A stretch of 64,000 nucleotides of DNA from a virus: the IMG/VR virus record IMGVR_UViG_3300005573_000001; one strand, given 5' to 3'. Below the pieces are notes generated by a model that was not told the DNA's origin, ran no database searches, and was given only the letters and a program-made list of their open reading frames with translations. This document shows positions 19,901 to 29,752 of this stretch, in pieces (position 1 is the stretch's first letter; each line of letters begins with the position of its first letter). A program made the translations under genes and the position numbers.

Positions 19901-20974
19901 AAGTTCTATGTAAACAGGAAAGTGGACAGCACTTATGAGAACGTCCTTACCATAAACGAGGATGGCATCACAATGGCATATGGCAAGTTACAACTAGACC
20001 TGGATACAACCGACTCCGTACCGCCATACTTCTTCATCTCAGGCCAAGACGCCATAACAGAAGACTTAAGGATTACCTATCCAGCTGGAGCAAGCCGTCC
20101 CCTTTTCCCTATAGACCTTACCTTAGAGTACAGAGTAACTTATAATGAGGAGGAACTGACCGAAGGCGAAGACTACGAGATACAAGACCAGCAGTGGGTG
20201 TACGTATTAGACCCTGACCCAGAAGGATCATACAAGATAACGTATCACCCAAAAGATAAAAACGACAGGATCATCCTTAAGAGCCTGCATGTATTTAACG
20301 AAGAACAGTTGGATGACGACTTCATTAGTGCCGAGTCTGTACATATTGAAGGTACACGTTTAATCGGCAGGAGAGATATATACGATGAAGTCCTTACGCG
20401 CCTCACACCGGCAGACATAGGTACCGCTGACAGTACCAAGCTCAACGTGGAACGCGCCCGTATTCGAGAGCGGATGGTAAGACAAAACTATGCTGGGAAT
20501 ATAATTGACTTAAGGCACAGCTATACGGTAAATGGTAAGACATATGAGGATGGTATAGGCATATTGCTCGAGCCAGGCTTCGGGGATCTTGCAATAGGTG
20601 TACACACCGGGGATATACCTGGCACACCCTCTATTGTGACGGAGCTGCCTTGGTGGCTGGACGAGTTAGTACACGTCCATATATATGGGGATCTTAGTGT
20701 CAATGAAATAACTGGGACCAGCATCAATGCGGATAACATCACCGTACAGGATATTCATGCCCTAACAATAGGTTCGGAGTACCCAGTAACATCTATAACT
20801 GCCCAGGAAATAAACACTGACACACAAGTTTCAGTGAATGAGACCGTTACAAACTTAAGTGCAGACCATGCCAGCATAAACCAAGCTAGTATAACAACGC
20901 TCTTCCTAGGTAATGCATCAATATACGAGCACACAGTATCAGGCATCAATGTGCTAACCATATTTGAAATCTAG
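16976..20974 (+). CDS. tail fibre/host-specificity protein (1332 aa)
   Basis: GWYISESGNAEFNNAKIRG, VRMWAGA..APFRVLQDGTLYATNGHFEG and beta-helix-like repeats are typical of phage tail tip/fibre proteins. Confidence 0.7.
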   Translation: MSNYPQAIDQFVVQVNDEYDSQGNLTAQGTIIDANDYNAHSRAIVSIESVLGVNPNGGSTNVAARLSNIEEEISSIGEAISDIEEELESYSGGWEPPGSIIAAINASNEETTISVSKVSNYTVSDSAKLKGAVEKLFSHDANDTNFVTTINPTNLYPKVADVLAIDKGASNPLYIPRVQTDRITASSEAAGLLSTDLINIINAQVGEARILKGAIGVLDVNNLGAGCVHAAQLATGIITSDKLTIGLARGYEQWIFTYRVINNTNVTLSRQLLLGKVCTGTSVISADTTSLPLHQYITRVGGYIPNHIGMVTTYMVTSASTTFGWSLTLPGQGYLYINGVATSETPSNTINATVNLNQGINLVQILYLGLETNATEFLLSTTPRITAKENVLDPEDENNTVQYYSIDNLEYIDCYVNESVSIEGDTINVGDNISLSSTEGISIFGGYGVKVHNSGHIWIEDGALDIVERIDDLYISRISIGNIGLDAASTDDTGMVLTTSSNKTVRLDKDGITSPGFRIGTDGYTYLDKAYANNITVNGLVTIGNILISGGSTNLLSDNITDTYQTINITPYIYYTFSCTSVSMPMAYNIVYIQFLDNNDTNITSTVRVDKIEAPNSTRLYDATAEAITMRSSKAPQFSFKGVNASKISIKIVCYDNQSPPEAISNAYAENSMLAPYAMPHEYITYGAQQPSYIMSADYQPNYTGWYISESGNAEFNNAKIRGALYSSIFIKEQIQATDGTLYVRPAGILYETTSLNISQTGAEIKIRKHYTTEVIAFSVDDYLQIKAANRDGTGYVTALLQVTSVGEATPDYAPFTVDVIEIIGDNMIALETGNVVLNVGQPGEGGIVISSDVSRGNRNVPAIEIYSFDSIDESNTIQYTVKTRIGNLTGIVGSPDTFGRDFPFTGYGLYAENAYLSGTVALPNAGITGIGNSPNSVRMWAGASLPEVLSDPTLAPFRVLQDGTLYATNGHFEGKFYVNRKVDSTYENVLTINEDGITMAYGKLQLDLDTTDSVPPYFFISGQDAITEDLRITYPAGASRPLFPIDLTLEYRVTYNEEELTEGEDYEIQDQQWVYVLDPDPEGSYKITYHPKDKNDRIILKSLHVFNEEQLDDDFISAESVHIEGTRLIGRRDIYDEVLTRLTPADIGTADSTKLNVERARIRERMVRQNYAGNIIDLRHSYTVNGKTYEDGIGILLEPGFGDLAIGVHTGDIPGTPSIVTELPWWLDELVHVHIYGDLSVNEITGTSINADNITVQDIHALTIGSEYPVTSITAQEINTDTQVSVNETVTNLSADHASINQASITTLFLGNASIYEHTVSGINVLTIFEI

Positions 20975-20982
20975 GTGATAAG

Positions 20983-23900
20983 ATGGCAACTACCACACTA
21001 TACGCAACCATGGGTGCCCGCCCATGGGCATACCATCCAGATACCGCATATAACTACGATTATCAAACCGCGGGAGAGAACAGCGGCGGCTATGCATATG
21101 AGTCGTTCGTTATGTTCGACATAAGCTCGTTATGTGGCGTCATAAACTCCGCAACACTTATCCTTACACAATTCGACAGTGATGATGACTGGTTAGTCCC
21201 AACGGTTACATGGGAGGCGTTTGTACCCTGCTTAACAAGCAATCCCAGCGCGACAAATATATGGAACTCTTCAACAACATGGAATAGCAGACCTACTGGC
21301 AGAGCGTCTGCAAGTGCATACTGTACATTCAATAACGCTATAAGTACCGGTATTAGGTTTAATGTAACTGACATACTACAAGATGTTGTAGATGGGCTCA
21401 TAGTGTGGAACGGTTTTAGAATACGCTACACCGGTACATCCTCATCTACTGCTAAATACTTCAGGTCACCTACGTATAGCACCACATCGGCTAGGCCAAA
21501 ACTAGTCATAGACTACACGCCAATTCCCGATCCTCCTGGCACTGTCAGTGCCATAGGGGATATTAGTAGTACTTATGCAGAACAACACATAACCTACTCC
21601 TGGCAAACGTTTTACAACCCTGGGGTCATAGTACGCAGCAGATGTTATTACAGCAACGGTACGTTATTTAGTACATCAACTACTACCGTAACTGAGCAGG
21701 ATCCACAACAAAGAAGCATTGACATATCGAGCGCAGCTCGTGGATCAACATTCTACATAGTCATAGACGCTACGTACAACCAGACTCAGTATAGCACGGC
21801 AAGCACTACCAATACCGTTACGCGCAACTACCAGCCAACAACTCCCAGCGCTCCGGTATTAGCTAACTCCAATGCAGATGGGAGCGTAACAAATAGCACT
21901 GCGGAAGCGGAAAGCTATGTCAATGTAACGTGGAACGCTTGTACAGACGCCGGAGGCGGGACGCTTAGCTATAGACTATACCGTAAGGTAGGAAGTGGCT
22001 CCTATACGCAGATATATAGCGGTACTGCGTGCAGCTATATAGACAACGTATCGAGTGATACCAACTTCCCTCGTGGCTCCACCATATACTATTACGTCGT
22101 GGCAACCGATGGCTATGTAAGTTCCGCCAATGGATCAGTAGCGACTATACTCAGAAACTCGCTACCGGAAATTCCGGCCCCTACGTTTACCACCACGGGT
22201 AATCCAGCTTACAGTATAATATCAGACACATATAACTATATCCACCCAGGTAACAACGTTACAATAGCATGGGATGCCCCGACAGATGCCGCCACATATA
22301 CGCTAACGCAGTACTTCTACAACGGAAGTACAACAACATCAACCACGCCGATTCAAAACCAGAACACTAGAACATACAACCTTCCCGTAAGCAACCTTAC
22401 GGACGGACAATATTACTACGTAACTATAGTAGCAATAGACGCCTTAGGGGCAGTAAGTTCTACATATACAAGCACTAGGTTCTACCGCGAACCGGTGCTT
22501 GCTGCGCCGACAATATCTAGTATAGGTAGCTATACGGGAATATCCCCATACAAAATATTCAGAAACACGTCATATGTAATTACATGGTCACAGTCTGCCA
22601 CTAACCTAAGTAGCCACAATAACTTGCAATATAAGATAGAGGTAGTAGACCAAACAGAACAGAGTCCTTTATCCCCATATGCAATACGAAACTATGCCAG
22701 CGCATCCACACTATCATACTCATACGACTTCAGCAACCTGCCGTCAAGCTGGCAAGGGCGGCAAGTTAAGGTCAAGATATATACGATGCATGGCGTATGG
22801 GGAGACGTTACTAGTGTAACGAGCACCGACACATATATAGTAGACACTAGGGCGGCAGCAACAAGCCCTGTAGCAATCAACAGAACAGGTAGTACATATG
22901 AAAGATACCGGCAGAATCTGAGTTGGACCGCCAGTACATGTTCCGGTGTAACAAATATGTACTACCAGATAAAGATATGGGTTGATGGAACTCCTACGAC
23001 TATAACGTCCGTACAAACCGGCACCAGCAAAACAGACTACTACCTGCCGTACGTCAGTACTAATACTCTCGCATACTTCACTATTCAGGCTATTCCAGAC
23101 GACGAGGCAGGCGGCTGTATTCCTGGGACGTCAACACATGCTTCCTACTTAGACAGCCCTATTGTGGCAAGCAGTCAATTTACAATCGTCAATCGTACGC
23201 TTCCGACACATACAATATCCTTCGCTAATCGCGGGGTAAGTCAGAGTGGGAACGACGAAATCAATAGCGTGACCGTCAATGTCGCATGGAACGTAGCCGG
23301 CGGATACATAATGAGCAATTACGTAGCCGGTAATCCAAACCATGGAGTCAGGTGGCGGCTAAAGTGGCGCATCAACGGTACTACGACGTACTACAACCCG
23401 ACATCATATATAGGACTGACCGCAGTAAACGGTTACATAGAGACGGTGCCTACAAGCTCTCCAGTAACATTCACTATTACCGACACTGGTGGGACTAACG
23501 GATATAAGACGCAGCAGCTTGACATTATAATGGAGGTCGAGTACACTTACCTGCTGCAGGATGATGGCATAACATGGGAATCGATCTCTAGTACCATAAC
23601 CAGTGGCACAGCAGTAAATACGCCACTAACCATTCCGGCTGCCTCGGTTCCAATCAACATAACCAGATACGGACTCGGAATTAATACGACGGTAGCAGAC
23701 GACAGTTACGTATGCAAGGTCGCTGGCAATATGCAGCTCATAGGCGCTGATATATATGACGACAACGGCCAAAGAAAGTATCAGCCATACGGCAACGAAC
23801 TGGCCGCGCTTCAGAACCTTGCCGACACAGCCGGTTTCGTAAAGAAAACCAGTGATGGTGCCTACTCTATAGACACCACTACGTATATTTCCACAAGCGC

Positions 23901-24471
23901 CCTATCAAGTCTTATGCTTGCAATGTACCCAGTAGGATCGATATATATATCCGTATCAAGCACGTCGCCGGCCGTGTTGTTTGGCGGCGTATGGTCGGCT
24001 TTCGGCGCGGGCAGAGTACTGGTGGGATATGACAGCGGCGATTCGGATTTTAATACCGCAGAGAAAATCGGCGGAGAAAAGACGCATACGCTGACTACGG
24101 CCGAGATGCCAAGTCATACGCACACGCAGAACGCGCATACGCACACGCAGAACGCGCATACGCACACGCAGGACGCGCATACGCATGGACCTGGAACCCT
24201 GGCAGGGTATTACAAGATGCGCGATACCGACGATTCGGGTACTGCCGTGTGGGGCAGCGAGGCGTTCCTATATTCTGCTTTCGATACAAATAGTACTGCC
24301 GGAGCTGTAGTAATTAACAGCGGTACTACGGCAAGCGCCACGGCCACGAACCAGAGCGCCACGGCCACAAACCAGAGCGCCACGGCCACGAACCAGAGCG
24401 CAGGCGGCGGAGACGCGCATAATAACCTACAGCCCTATATTACGGTATATATGTGGAAAAGGACGGCATAA
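20983..24471 (+). CDS. tail fibre/adhesin: N-terminal DNRLRE-like domain, FN3-like repeats, C-terminal collar/needle domain
   Basis: SFVMFDISSL..INSATLIL...RPKLVIDY; Ser/Thr-rich FN3-like repeats; C-terminal YPVGSIYIS..GRVLVG..GGEKTHTLTTAEMPSHTH..HNNLQPYITVYMWKRTA. Confidence 0.8.
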   Translation: MATTTLYATMGARPWAYHPDTAYNYDYQTAGENSGGYAYESFVMFDISSLCGVINSATLILTQFDSDDDWLVPTVTWEAFVPCLTSNPSATNIWNSSTTWNSRPTGRASASAYCTFNNAISTGIRFNVTDILQDVVDGLIVWNGFRIRYTGTSSSTAKYFRSPTYSTTSARPKLVIDYTPIPDPPGTVSAIGDISSTYAEQHITYSWQTFYNPGVIVRSRCYYSNGTLFSTSTTTVTEQDPQQRSIDISSAARGSTFYIVIDATYNQTQYSTASTTNTVTRNYQPTTPSAPVLANSNADGSVTNSTAEAESYVNVTWNACTDAGGGTLSYRLYRKVGSGSYTQIYSGTACSYIDNVSSDTNFPRGSTIYYYVVATDGYVSSANGSVATILRNSLPEIPAPTFTTTGNPAYSIISDTYNYIHPGNNVTIAWDAPTDAATYTLTQYFYNGSTTTSTTPIQNQNTRTYNLPVSNLTDGQYYYVTIVAIDALGAVSSTYTSTRFYREPVLAAPTISSIGSYTGISPYKIFRNTSYVITWSQSATNLSSHNNLQYKIEVVDQTEQSPLSPYAIRNYASASTLSYSYDFSNLPSSWQGRQVKVKIYTMHGVWGDVTSVTSTDTYIVDTRAAATSPVAINRTGSTYERYRQNLSWTASTCSGVTNMYYQIKIWVDGTPTTITSVQTGTSKTDYYLPYVSTNTLAYFTIQAIPDDEAGGCIPGTSTHASYLDSPIVASSQFTIVNRTLPTHTISFANRGVSQSGNDEINSVTVNVAWNVAGGYIMSNYVAGNPNHGVRWRLKWRINGTTTYYNPTSYIGLTAVNGYIETVPTSSPVTFTITDTGGTNGYKTQQLDIIMEVEYTYLLQDDGITWESISSTITSGTAVNTPLTIPAASVPINITRYGLGINTTVADDSYVCKVAGNMQLIGADIYDDNGQRKYQPYGNELAALQNLADTAGFVKKTSDGAYSIDTTTYISTSALSSLMLAMYPVGSIYISVSSTSPAVLFGGVWSAFGAGRVLVGYDSGDSDFNTAEKIGGEKTHTLTTAEMPSHTHTQNAHTHTQNAHTHTQDAHTHGPGTLAGYYKMRDTDDSGTAVWGSEAFLYSAFDTNSTAGAVVINSGTTASATATNQSATATNQSATATNQSAGGGDAHNNLQPYITVYMWKRTA
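24115..24186 (+). repeat. 21-bp tandem repeat (~3.4 copies) encoding HTHTQ(N/D)A
   Basis: CATACGCACACGCAGAACGCG x3 (third copy with GAC) plus a partial copy. Confidence 0.95.
24334..24401 (+). repeat. 21-bp tandem repeat (~3.2 copies) encoding SATATNQ
   Basis: AGCGCCACGGCCAC(G/A)AACCAG x3 plus a partial copy. Confidence 0.95.
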
Positions 24472-24473
24472 CT

Positions 24474-24968
24474 ATGTTATATTACGCGGTTACTATTAAA
24501 GACAATATCATAACAGCGGTACATGAGAGTGCTTCGGTTATTACTTCCGACATGTTTGCCGGAACCGAGTACGAAGGTCAGGAGGTCATTACCGTGCCGG
24601 GCGGAGTGTATATTGAAGCCGGTCGACACGTACAGGAGTATACCTCTGACTGGGTACTTAAACCGTTAAGCCAGCGTGCCGCCGAAGGGTATTTTATAGT
24701 CCCCGACGGGTATGAGCTTGTTGGAGATGCGCTTATAAAAATGCCTGAGGAGACTCAAGAACCAACGCCGCCGACTCAGGAAGAACTCGATATGGCAAGG
24801 ATAGAGGAACTTAAGGCCTTACTTGATAACACAGACTACAGGATAATTAAATGTTACGAGTATTCCTTATTAGAATTGCCGCTTCCATATGACATACAGG
24901 CGCTGCATGAACAGCGCCAGTCATGGCGTGATGAAATAGACCAAATTAGAGAGATACACCAATGGTAA
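24474..24968 (+). CDS. tail fibre assembly/chaperone-like protein
   Basis: Follows the fibre gene; C-terminal ELKALLDNTDYRIIKCYE...RQSWRDEID is typical of such chaperones. Confidence 0.65.
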   Translation: MLYYAVTIKDNIITAVHESASVITSDMFAGTEYEGQEVITVPGGVYIEAGRHVQEYTSDWVLKPLSQRAAEGYFIVPDGYELVGDALIKMPEETQEPTPPTQEELDMARIEELKALLDNTDYRIIKCYEYSLLELPLPYDIQALHEQRQSWRDEIDQIREIHQW

Positions 24969-24976
24969 AATATATC

Positions 24977-25005
24977 TTGACAAACAGCAAGACTTATAGT
25001 ATCAT
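24977..25005 (+). promoter_or_regulatory. sigmaA-type promoter
   Basis: TTGACA, 17 bp, TATCAT in an intergenic gap; the first 21 bp are identical to the promoter at 34529. Confidence 0.85.
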
Positions 25006-25034
25006 ATAAGTAATATCAATATAAGGAGCAGAAA

Positions 25035-25436
25035 ATGATTATAGTTAAGGGAAGACAAATAGAACCTATCGTAAGGGCACTTACAGAGATTATGACAAAT
25101 AAGAGCATACGCCTTAGCGGGAAAACGGCATTAAAGTTGCTCAAGATAGACCATAAGCTCAGGAACGAGTTTGACGACATTGAAAAGGTACGGTGGCAGT
25201 TGCTTGAAAAGTACGGGAACAAGAAAGACGATCAGTCCCTAGAAGTAGATAATAATGGGTCTGTAGTCTTTACAGAAGAGAATCGTGCGGCGTTCTCTAT
25301 GGAATATGGAACTATACTATCCTCCGATATAGAGATAGACACCCCAAAGATCACAGAAGATGAGCTGGACGGAATTCAAGGCGTCACCCCCGCAACTATC
25401 GCCATTCTAGAACCACTTATAGACATTAAGTACTAA
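25035..25436 (+). CDS. hypothetical protein (DUF1617-like)
   Basis: 133 aa, AAGGAG RBS, LLEKYGNKKD..EIDTPKI pattern seen in phage tail-region proteins. Confidence 0.5.
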   Translation: MIIVKGRQIEPIVRALTEIMTNKSIRLSGKTALKLLKIDHKLRNEFDDIEKVRWQLLEKYGNKKDDQSLEVDNNGSVVFTEENRAAFSMEYGTILSSDIEIDTPKITEDELDGIQGVTPATIAILEPLIDIKY

Positions 25437-25446
25437 GGAATATCAG

Positions 25447-25758
25447 ATGGACGACTACATAAAGTATGGCACAGTACGTTACGGTAGTAACCGCTTCCAC
25501 CAGCGTATTCTTAAGGCCGTTCCACAAGTCGTCAGACGAAATGTAAAGTATAGGTTAACTACAGTAGGAAGCACAACGACAAGTATCATTAATACATGGA
25601 CAACTATCCCTGGCAGGGTAAGCCGGGTGCGCATCAACGGCGTAATCAGTCAAGCAGTCACAATCAACGGACAAATAGGTCCTCTCAGATTAAGGGCAGT
25701 CAGCAACGCAAACGAATCAAAGGCAGTCCTTTCAACAGTAAACATCCTAACCAGATAG
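25447..25758 (+). CDS. hypothetical protein
   Basis: 103 aa ORF with AAGGA RBS, in operon. Confidence 0.5.
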   Translation: MDDYIKYGTVRYGSNRFHQRILKAVPQVVRRNVKYRLTTVGSTTTSIINTWTTIPGRVSRVRINGVISQAVTINGQIGPLRLRAVSNANESKAVLSTVNILTR

Positions 25759-25768
25759 GTGAAAATCA

Positions 25769-27955
25769 ATGGGTAAGTATCTAAACGGATACTTGTCTAT
25801 AATTCCTGAAAACCAGAAACAGTACATTATAGACTTGATCCAAAAGAATAAGACCAAGTATAATCTCTCAATCAGCGAAGAAGAGTTTATACAGATTATT
25901 TCCAGCATACAAGAGAAGCACGAACAGCTTTATCACTACTCAAAGCTTAGCGGCCGCATTGACTCCACTGCCTATAATGCCGCAATAAGTAAGATAAGCA
26001 TAGACCTGCAGGTATTGTTCTCAGAAGTCAACCTGCTATCCAAGGCTGCCGAGAATTACAGTACGCTAGGCAACGCTATGCTAGCCGACCTGCGGCACGA
26101 AATAGACAAGCTTGCCAGTAAAGTGACGGCACTAGAAGCTTCTGTGACTACTAATGAAACCATAGTTGCCATTAACGAAACATTTGACACTGCCCAAAAC
26201 ATGGAGTCTACGGATAGCCCACTGTATCTTGGGATGAGTACCGTAGAGATGTCCACCCGTAATAAGGACCACATCATAACCCTAAGACAAGTAGCCAAAG
26301 ATTATGTAGAGACTGACAGTGTACGAGAAAATCCTACCATTAACGTTACGCAAAGAGTCGGGTTGCCTGTAAACCAGCAGAAACCCCAGTGCAGCGCTAC
26401 GGATACCAAGTGCCTCATCCAGAACTGGACCGAGACTGCCATATCCTTAGCTCCGCTAGACATGATGTTAGATAACGTCAGCGGACCTGGCGCAATCGCC
26501 AAACTTACCATAACGTTTCCATATAGTCAGCTCATCTCGTGTATTTCCATAACCCCAGGTGGGGTTGGCGACATAGAAGTCGCAGCTATATGTTACCAAA
26601 CAGAGGTAGACTTGGCTAACGCCGCAAGTACAGCGAGTTACAAGTACATATGCGCAAGTGACAGTGTCAAGGACAGCGTCGAAGTGCTGTGTACTCCAAA
26701 TACATATAGCTCCAGCAACCCTATGACATTTGTCTTCCCATCTATCGTCGCCAAACAGGTAATTATCTACATAAAGCAGCCTAATTACGTACAGGAGCGT
26801 CTGACTGAAGACATAACTCTGGACGACATACCAATCCAGTTTGCACAAGGATACGGCAGTGTCCATAAGTACACGTACGGTATTAAAAGTTTGGAAATCT
26901 CCCACTATGAGTACGGAGAGTGCTCATGCTTTATTTCCAAGCCATATAATATAGACAGGAACATAGCTAAGGTCACACTGTCTACAGTAGAACACCATCC
27001 GATATTGATAGCCGACTCCAGTATCCCTGTAAATAATATAAGCGAGAGGGATACAAGTATAGAGTACTACATTACAAACTCCGACGGCAATACAGCCGAA
27101 CAATGGATTCCCATACTGCCTACTAACGAGGAAATGGTCATTAACGAGTTGCTGAACTTCATCGGACCTACGGCAACACTAAGATTTAAAGCCGACGGTT
27201 CAAAGGAAGCCACGCTCTATAAGAATGGAATACGGGTATCCAACAACGAGTGGTCCAAACTGCAAACCGATAAGACCCTGATCAGTATCGACACAGGGTA
27301 CGACCCAAATGCTGTATATACAATAGATTACTACCCAACGCCAGAAGCCTATACAGTATTCCTCTCAAATTCATACATAACGCAGTATATAGGCAAAAAC
27401 ACGACTGGCAATAGCTTTGGCGAGGTATTTCACGGAACTAACAATGACAAGACTGTAGTCCTATCTAAGTATCCATACGTAGACTATATGGCAATCAATA
27501 CGAATGACGCATGGGATCCGAATATAGACAACCCGCCTATCCAGGTGTACTTTGAGAACGCATATATAACTGGACCAAATAGGAGCCTGCTTACCAGTAT
27601 AGCGCCATATCCAACCAGCGGAACCCCAGCACCAAATGCAGTCTATACAAAGAACATTACCGACTATAGAGACCCGGATAAGCAGTACCATATCCGAGAA
27701 TACGACCCTACAAGCTATAGGTTTATAGAGTACTACCATAAAGATAATAAGTTGTTCTTCGGAGAGATGTGGAAATACAAGGACAACCCACTATCCACGG
27801 AGAACAACCACGGTTGCGGCGACATTAGGGTACAATACAGTTACCCGGTTACATCGGTCCGTATAAAGATAATCCTCAGGCGCTTCAAATATGCAGACGC
27901 GGCCCTAACCCCAGAACTCTCCAGCTACACACTTAAGATATACATGAGGAAATAA
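25769..27955 (+). CDS. virion structural protein (paralog family member 1)
   Basis: N-terminal coiled coil, YTYGIKSLEI motif, C-terminal VRIKIILR..TPELSSYTLK. Confidence 0.55.
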   Translation: MGKYLNGYLSIIPENQKQYIIDLIQKNKTKYNLSISEEEFIQIISSIQEKHEQLYHYSKLSGRIDSTAYNAAISKISIDLQVLFSEVNLLSKAAENYSTLGNAMLADLRHEIDKLASKVTALEASVTTNETIVAINETFDTAQNMESTDSPLYLGMSTVEMSTRNKDHIITLRQVAKDYVETDSVRENPTINVTQRVGLPVNQQKPQCSATDTKCLIQNWTETAISLAPLDMMLDNVSGPGAIAKLTITFPYSQLISCISITPGGVGDIEVAAICYQTEVDLANAASTASYKYICASDSVKDSVEVLCTPNTYSSSNPMTFVFPSIVAKQVIIYIKQPNYVQERLTEDITLDDIPIQFAQGYGSVHKYTYGIKSLEISHYEYGECSCFISKPYNIDRNIAKVTLSTVEHHPILIADSSIPVNNISERDTSIEYYITNSDGNTAEQWIPILPTNEEMVINELLNFIGPTATLRFKADGSKEATLYKNGIRVSNNEWSKLQTDKTLISIDTGYDPNAVYTIDYYPTPEAYTVFLSNSYITQYIGKNTTGNSFGEVFHGTNNDKTVVLSKYPYVDYMAINTNDAWDPNIDNPPIQVYFENAYITGPNRSLLTSIAPYPTSGTPAPNAVYTKNITDYRDPDKQYHIREYDPTSYRFIEYYHKDNKLFFGEMWKYKDNPLSTENNHGCGDIRVQYSYPVTSVRIKIILRRFKYADAALTPELSSYTLKIYMRK

Positions 27956-27957
27956 CC

Positions 27958-29745
27958 ATGGATGATATAGTCGCCAAGAAGATAGAGTGGCTAACCGAAT
28001 ACCTGAATGCCATGGCCGAACAAACATCAAGCCCCTATGAAAAGGCCATCATAAGGTATATATGCGAGAAGAAAATTAATGCAATAACTCAGGATGCAAG
28101 CCTACCGCTAACTACGCATAGGCCGATGATACCTGGGTTTACATTCGTACAGGAAGACATAAATGATATACTGCATGAGGCAGAGGCCGACATCAGCATA
28201 CTATATAAGGTTATAGAAGATGTAGGGGACCAGATAGCCGACGCATTTAATTATAACCAGAATAATAAGACGAGACTTAAGAACAAGATCATTCAACTTA
28301 CAAGCGCGGTTACAGATCTCAAGCTACTCAATACGACAAACGACCCCAGCGTAGTATACTTTACCGACACTTTCTCTAACTATAACAACGTAGATACAAA
28401 TATTAGTACCGGACCAATCGCCAATATATCAACGTCAGAGGGGATAGCAAGCTTAGCAAGAGAAGGCAGTATAGCTATTCCACACAACAAGATGAGTATA
28501 CGCGGCATCCAAGGTAACGGCATGTTCGGTAATAGCTATGTACTAACAGGACAAAGTCTGGCTGACGTACAGTACAAGTCAGAGACGCTCAATCCACGTA
28601 GGGTCGAGGCGGCGATAGACGACAAGGCAGATACGTGGTTTGAGTATCAAGCTGTCAACATTGAAGATGTCGCGAAGGATGTCGTAAGTAATTTCGTAGA
28701 CCTTACGGATATGTCGCTAAGACAGTATGGCGACAAGCTTAGGCTGCGCTTCATAGTAGACCTTGGGTCTATAACCCCTATCAACTGGATACAGCTATCC
28801 CCGTACATGCCAGAAGGAAGCAATGCCGCAATCACGGTATACTCAATAAGTACATCTGTCGATGGAACGGCATACACGACCGTAGCTGGCGGCGAAGACA
28901 TTGGTATTACAATCAACTCCACGCCGCAAACATACCGAGAGGACGAGATACTTACTACCACAAATAAGTTTAATGGGCAAGGTATATTCTGTTTCCCAAC
29001 CATGCAGGCAAGGTATATAGAATTCGTCCTAGACCAGAATACGTCATACAGCGAAAATCTTGGCGTAACTATCTACTATAAGTACGACGCGTCTAGTAGC
29101 ATCGCATTAGAGGAAACCAAGACTATAATACCTTCTAATAGCGAAGAGATACCGGCGATCATACGTAACGGCGTCGTTACAAAGATGTTTGTAAATCAGT
29201 CTGACGATAACAGCTACGTAATAGAGAAAAGCATCCTTCCATTACCAGGATGGAGATACGTCATAGGTATACGAGACATATCCGTATACAGACATACATA
29301 TCAGCCAACAAGCGAGATTATAAGTAAGCCGTACACGGCCCCAGGTCCGATAAGTCACGTAATGCTGTATGCAAGCGAGATCATTCCCAAGGAGCTTATG
29401 GCTATCACGTCCGGCGACGACACGGTTATAGACACCAGTAAGGCATACGACTTTATCAAGTATTATATAAGTATAGACGGTACGAACTGGTATGAAATAA
29501 GCCCAATGCAACACGAGCCAATCAGTAACTCTCCATTCCCGCCGAAGATATACGAAATCAACTCTAGTGCTAACGTTGAGGAACGCTCCAGTATGATAAA
29601 CAAGGGATATATAGAGGCCCCTTCAGACGTAACGTCGATCCGTGTCAAGATAGTCTTCAGCAACGGAGGCAAGACGGACTATACACCGCTGCTGCAAGAC
29701 TACACAATTAAGGCTATACTCAACAATACGCCATACATCCAGTAG
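27958..29745 (+). CDS. virion structural protein (paralog family member 2)
   Basis: Coiled coil, discoidin-like segment, YVIGIRDISV motif, C-terminal IRVKIVF..TPLLQDYTIK. Confidence 0.55.
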   Translation: MDDIVAKKIEWLTEYLNAMAEQTSSPYEKAIIRYICEKKINAITQDASLPLTTHRPMIPGFTFVQEDINDILHEAEADISILYKVIEDVGDQIADAFNYNQNNKTRLKNKIIQLTSAVTDLKLLNTTNDPSVVYFTDTFSNYNNVDTNISTGPIANISTSEGIASLAREGSIAIPHNKMSIRGIQGNGMFGNSYVLTGQSLADVQYKSETLNPRRVEAAIDDKADTWFEYQAVNIEDVAKDVVSNFVDLTDMSLRQYGDKLRLRFIVDLGSITPINWIQLSPYMPEGSNAAITVYSISTSVDGTAYTTVAGGEDIGITINSTPQTYREDEILTTTNKFNGQGIFCFPTMQARYIEFVLDQNTSYSENLGVTIYYKYDASSSIALEETKTIIPSNSEEIPAIIRNGVVTKMFVNQSDDNSYVIEKSILPLPGWRYVIGIRDISVYRHTYQPTSEIISKPYTAPGPISHVMLYASEIIPKELMAITSGDDTVIDTSKAYDFIKYYISIDGTNWYEISPMQHEPISNSPFPPKIYEINSSANVEERSSMINKGYIEAPSDVTSIRVKIVFSNGGKTDYTPLLQDYTIKAILNNTPYIQ

Positions 29746-29752
29746 GTAAGAT

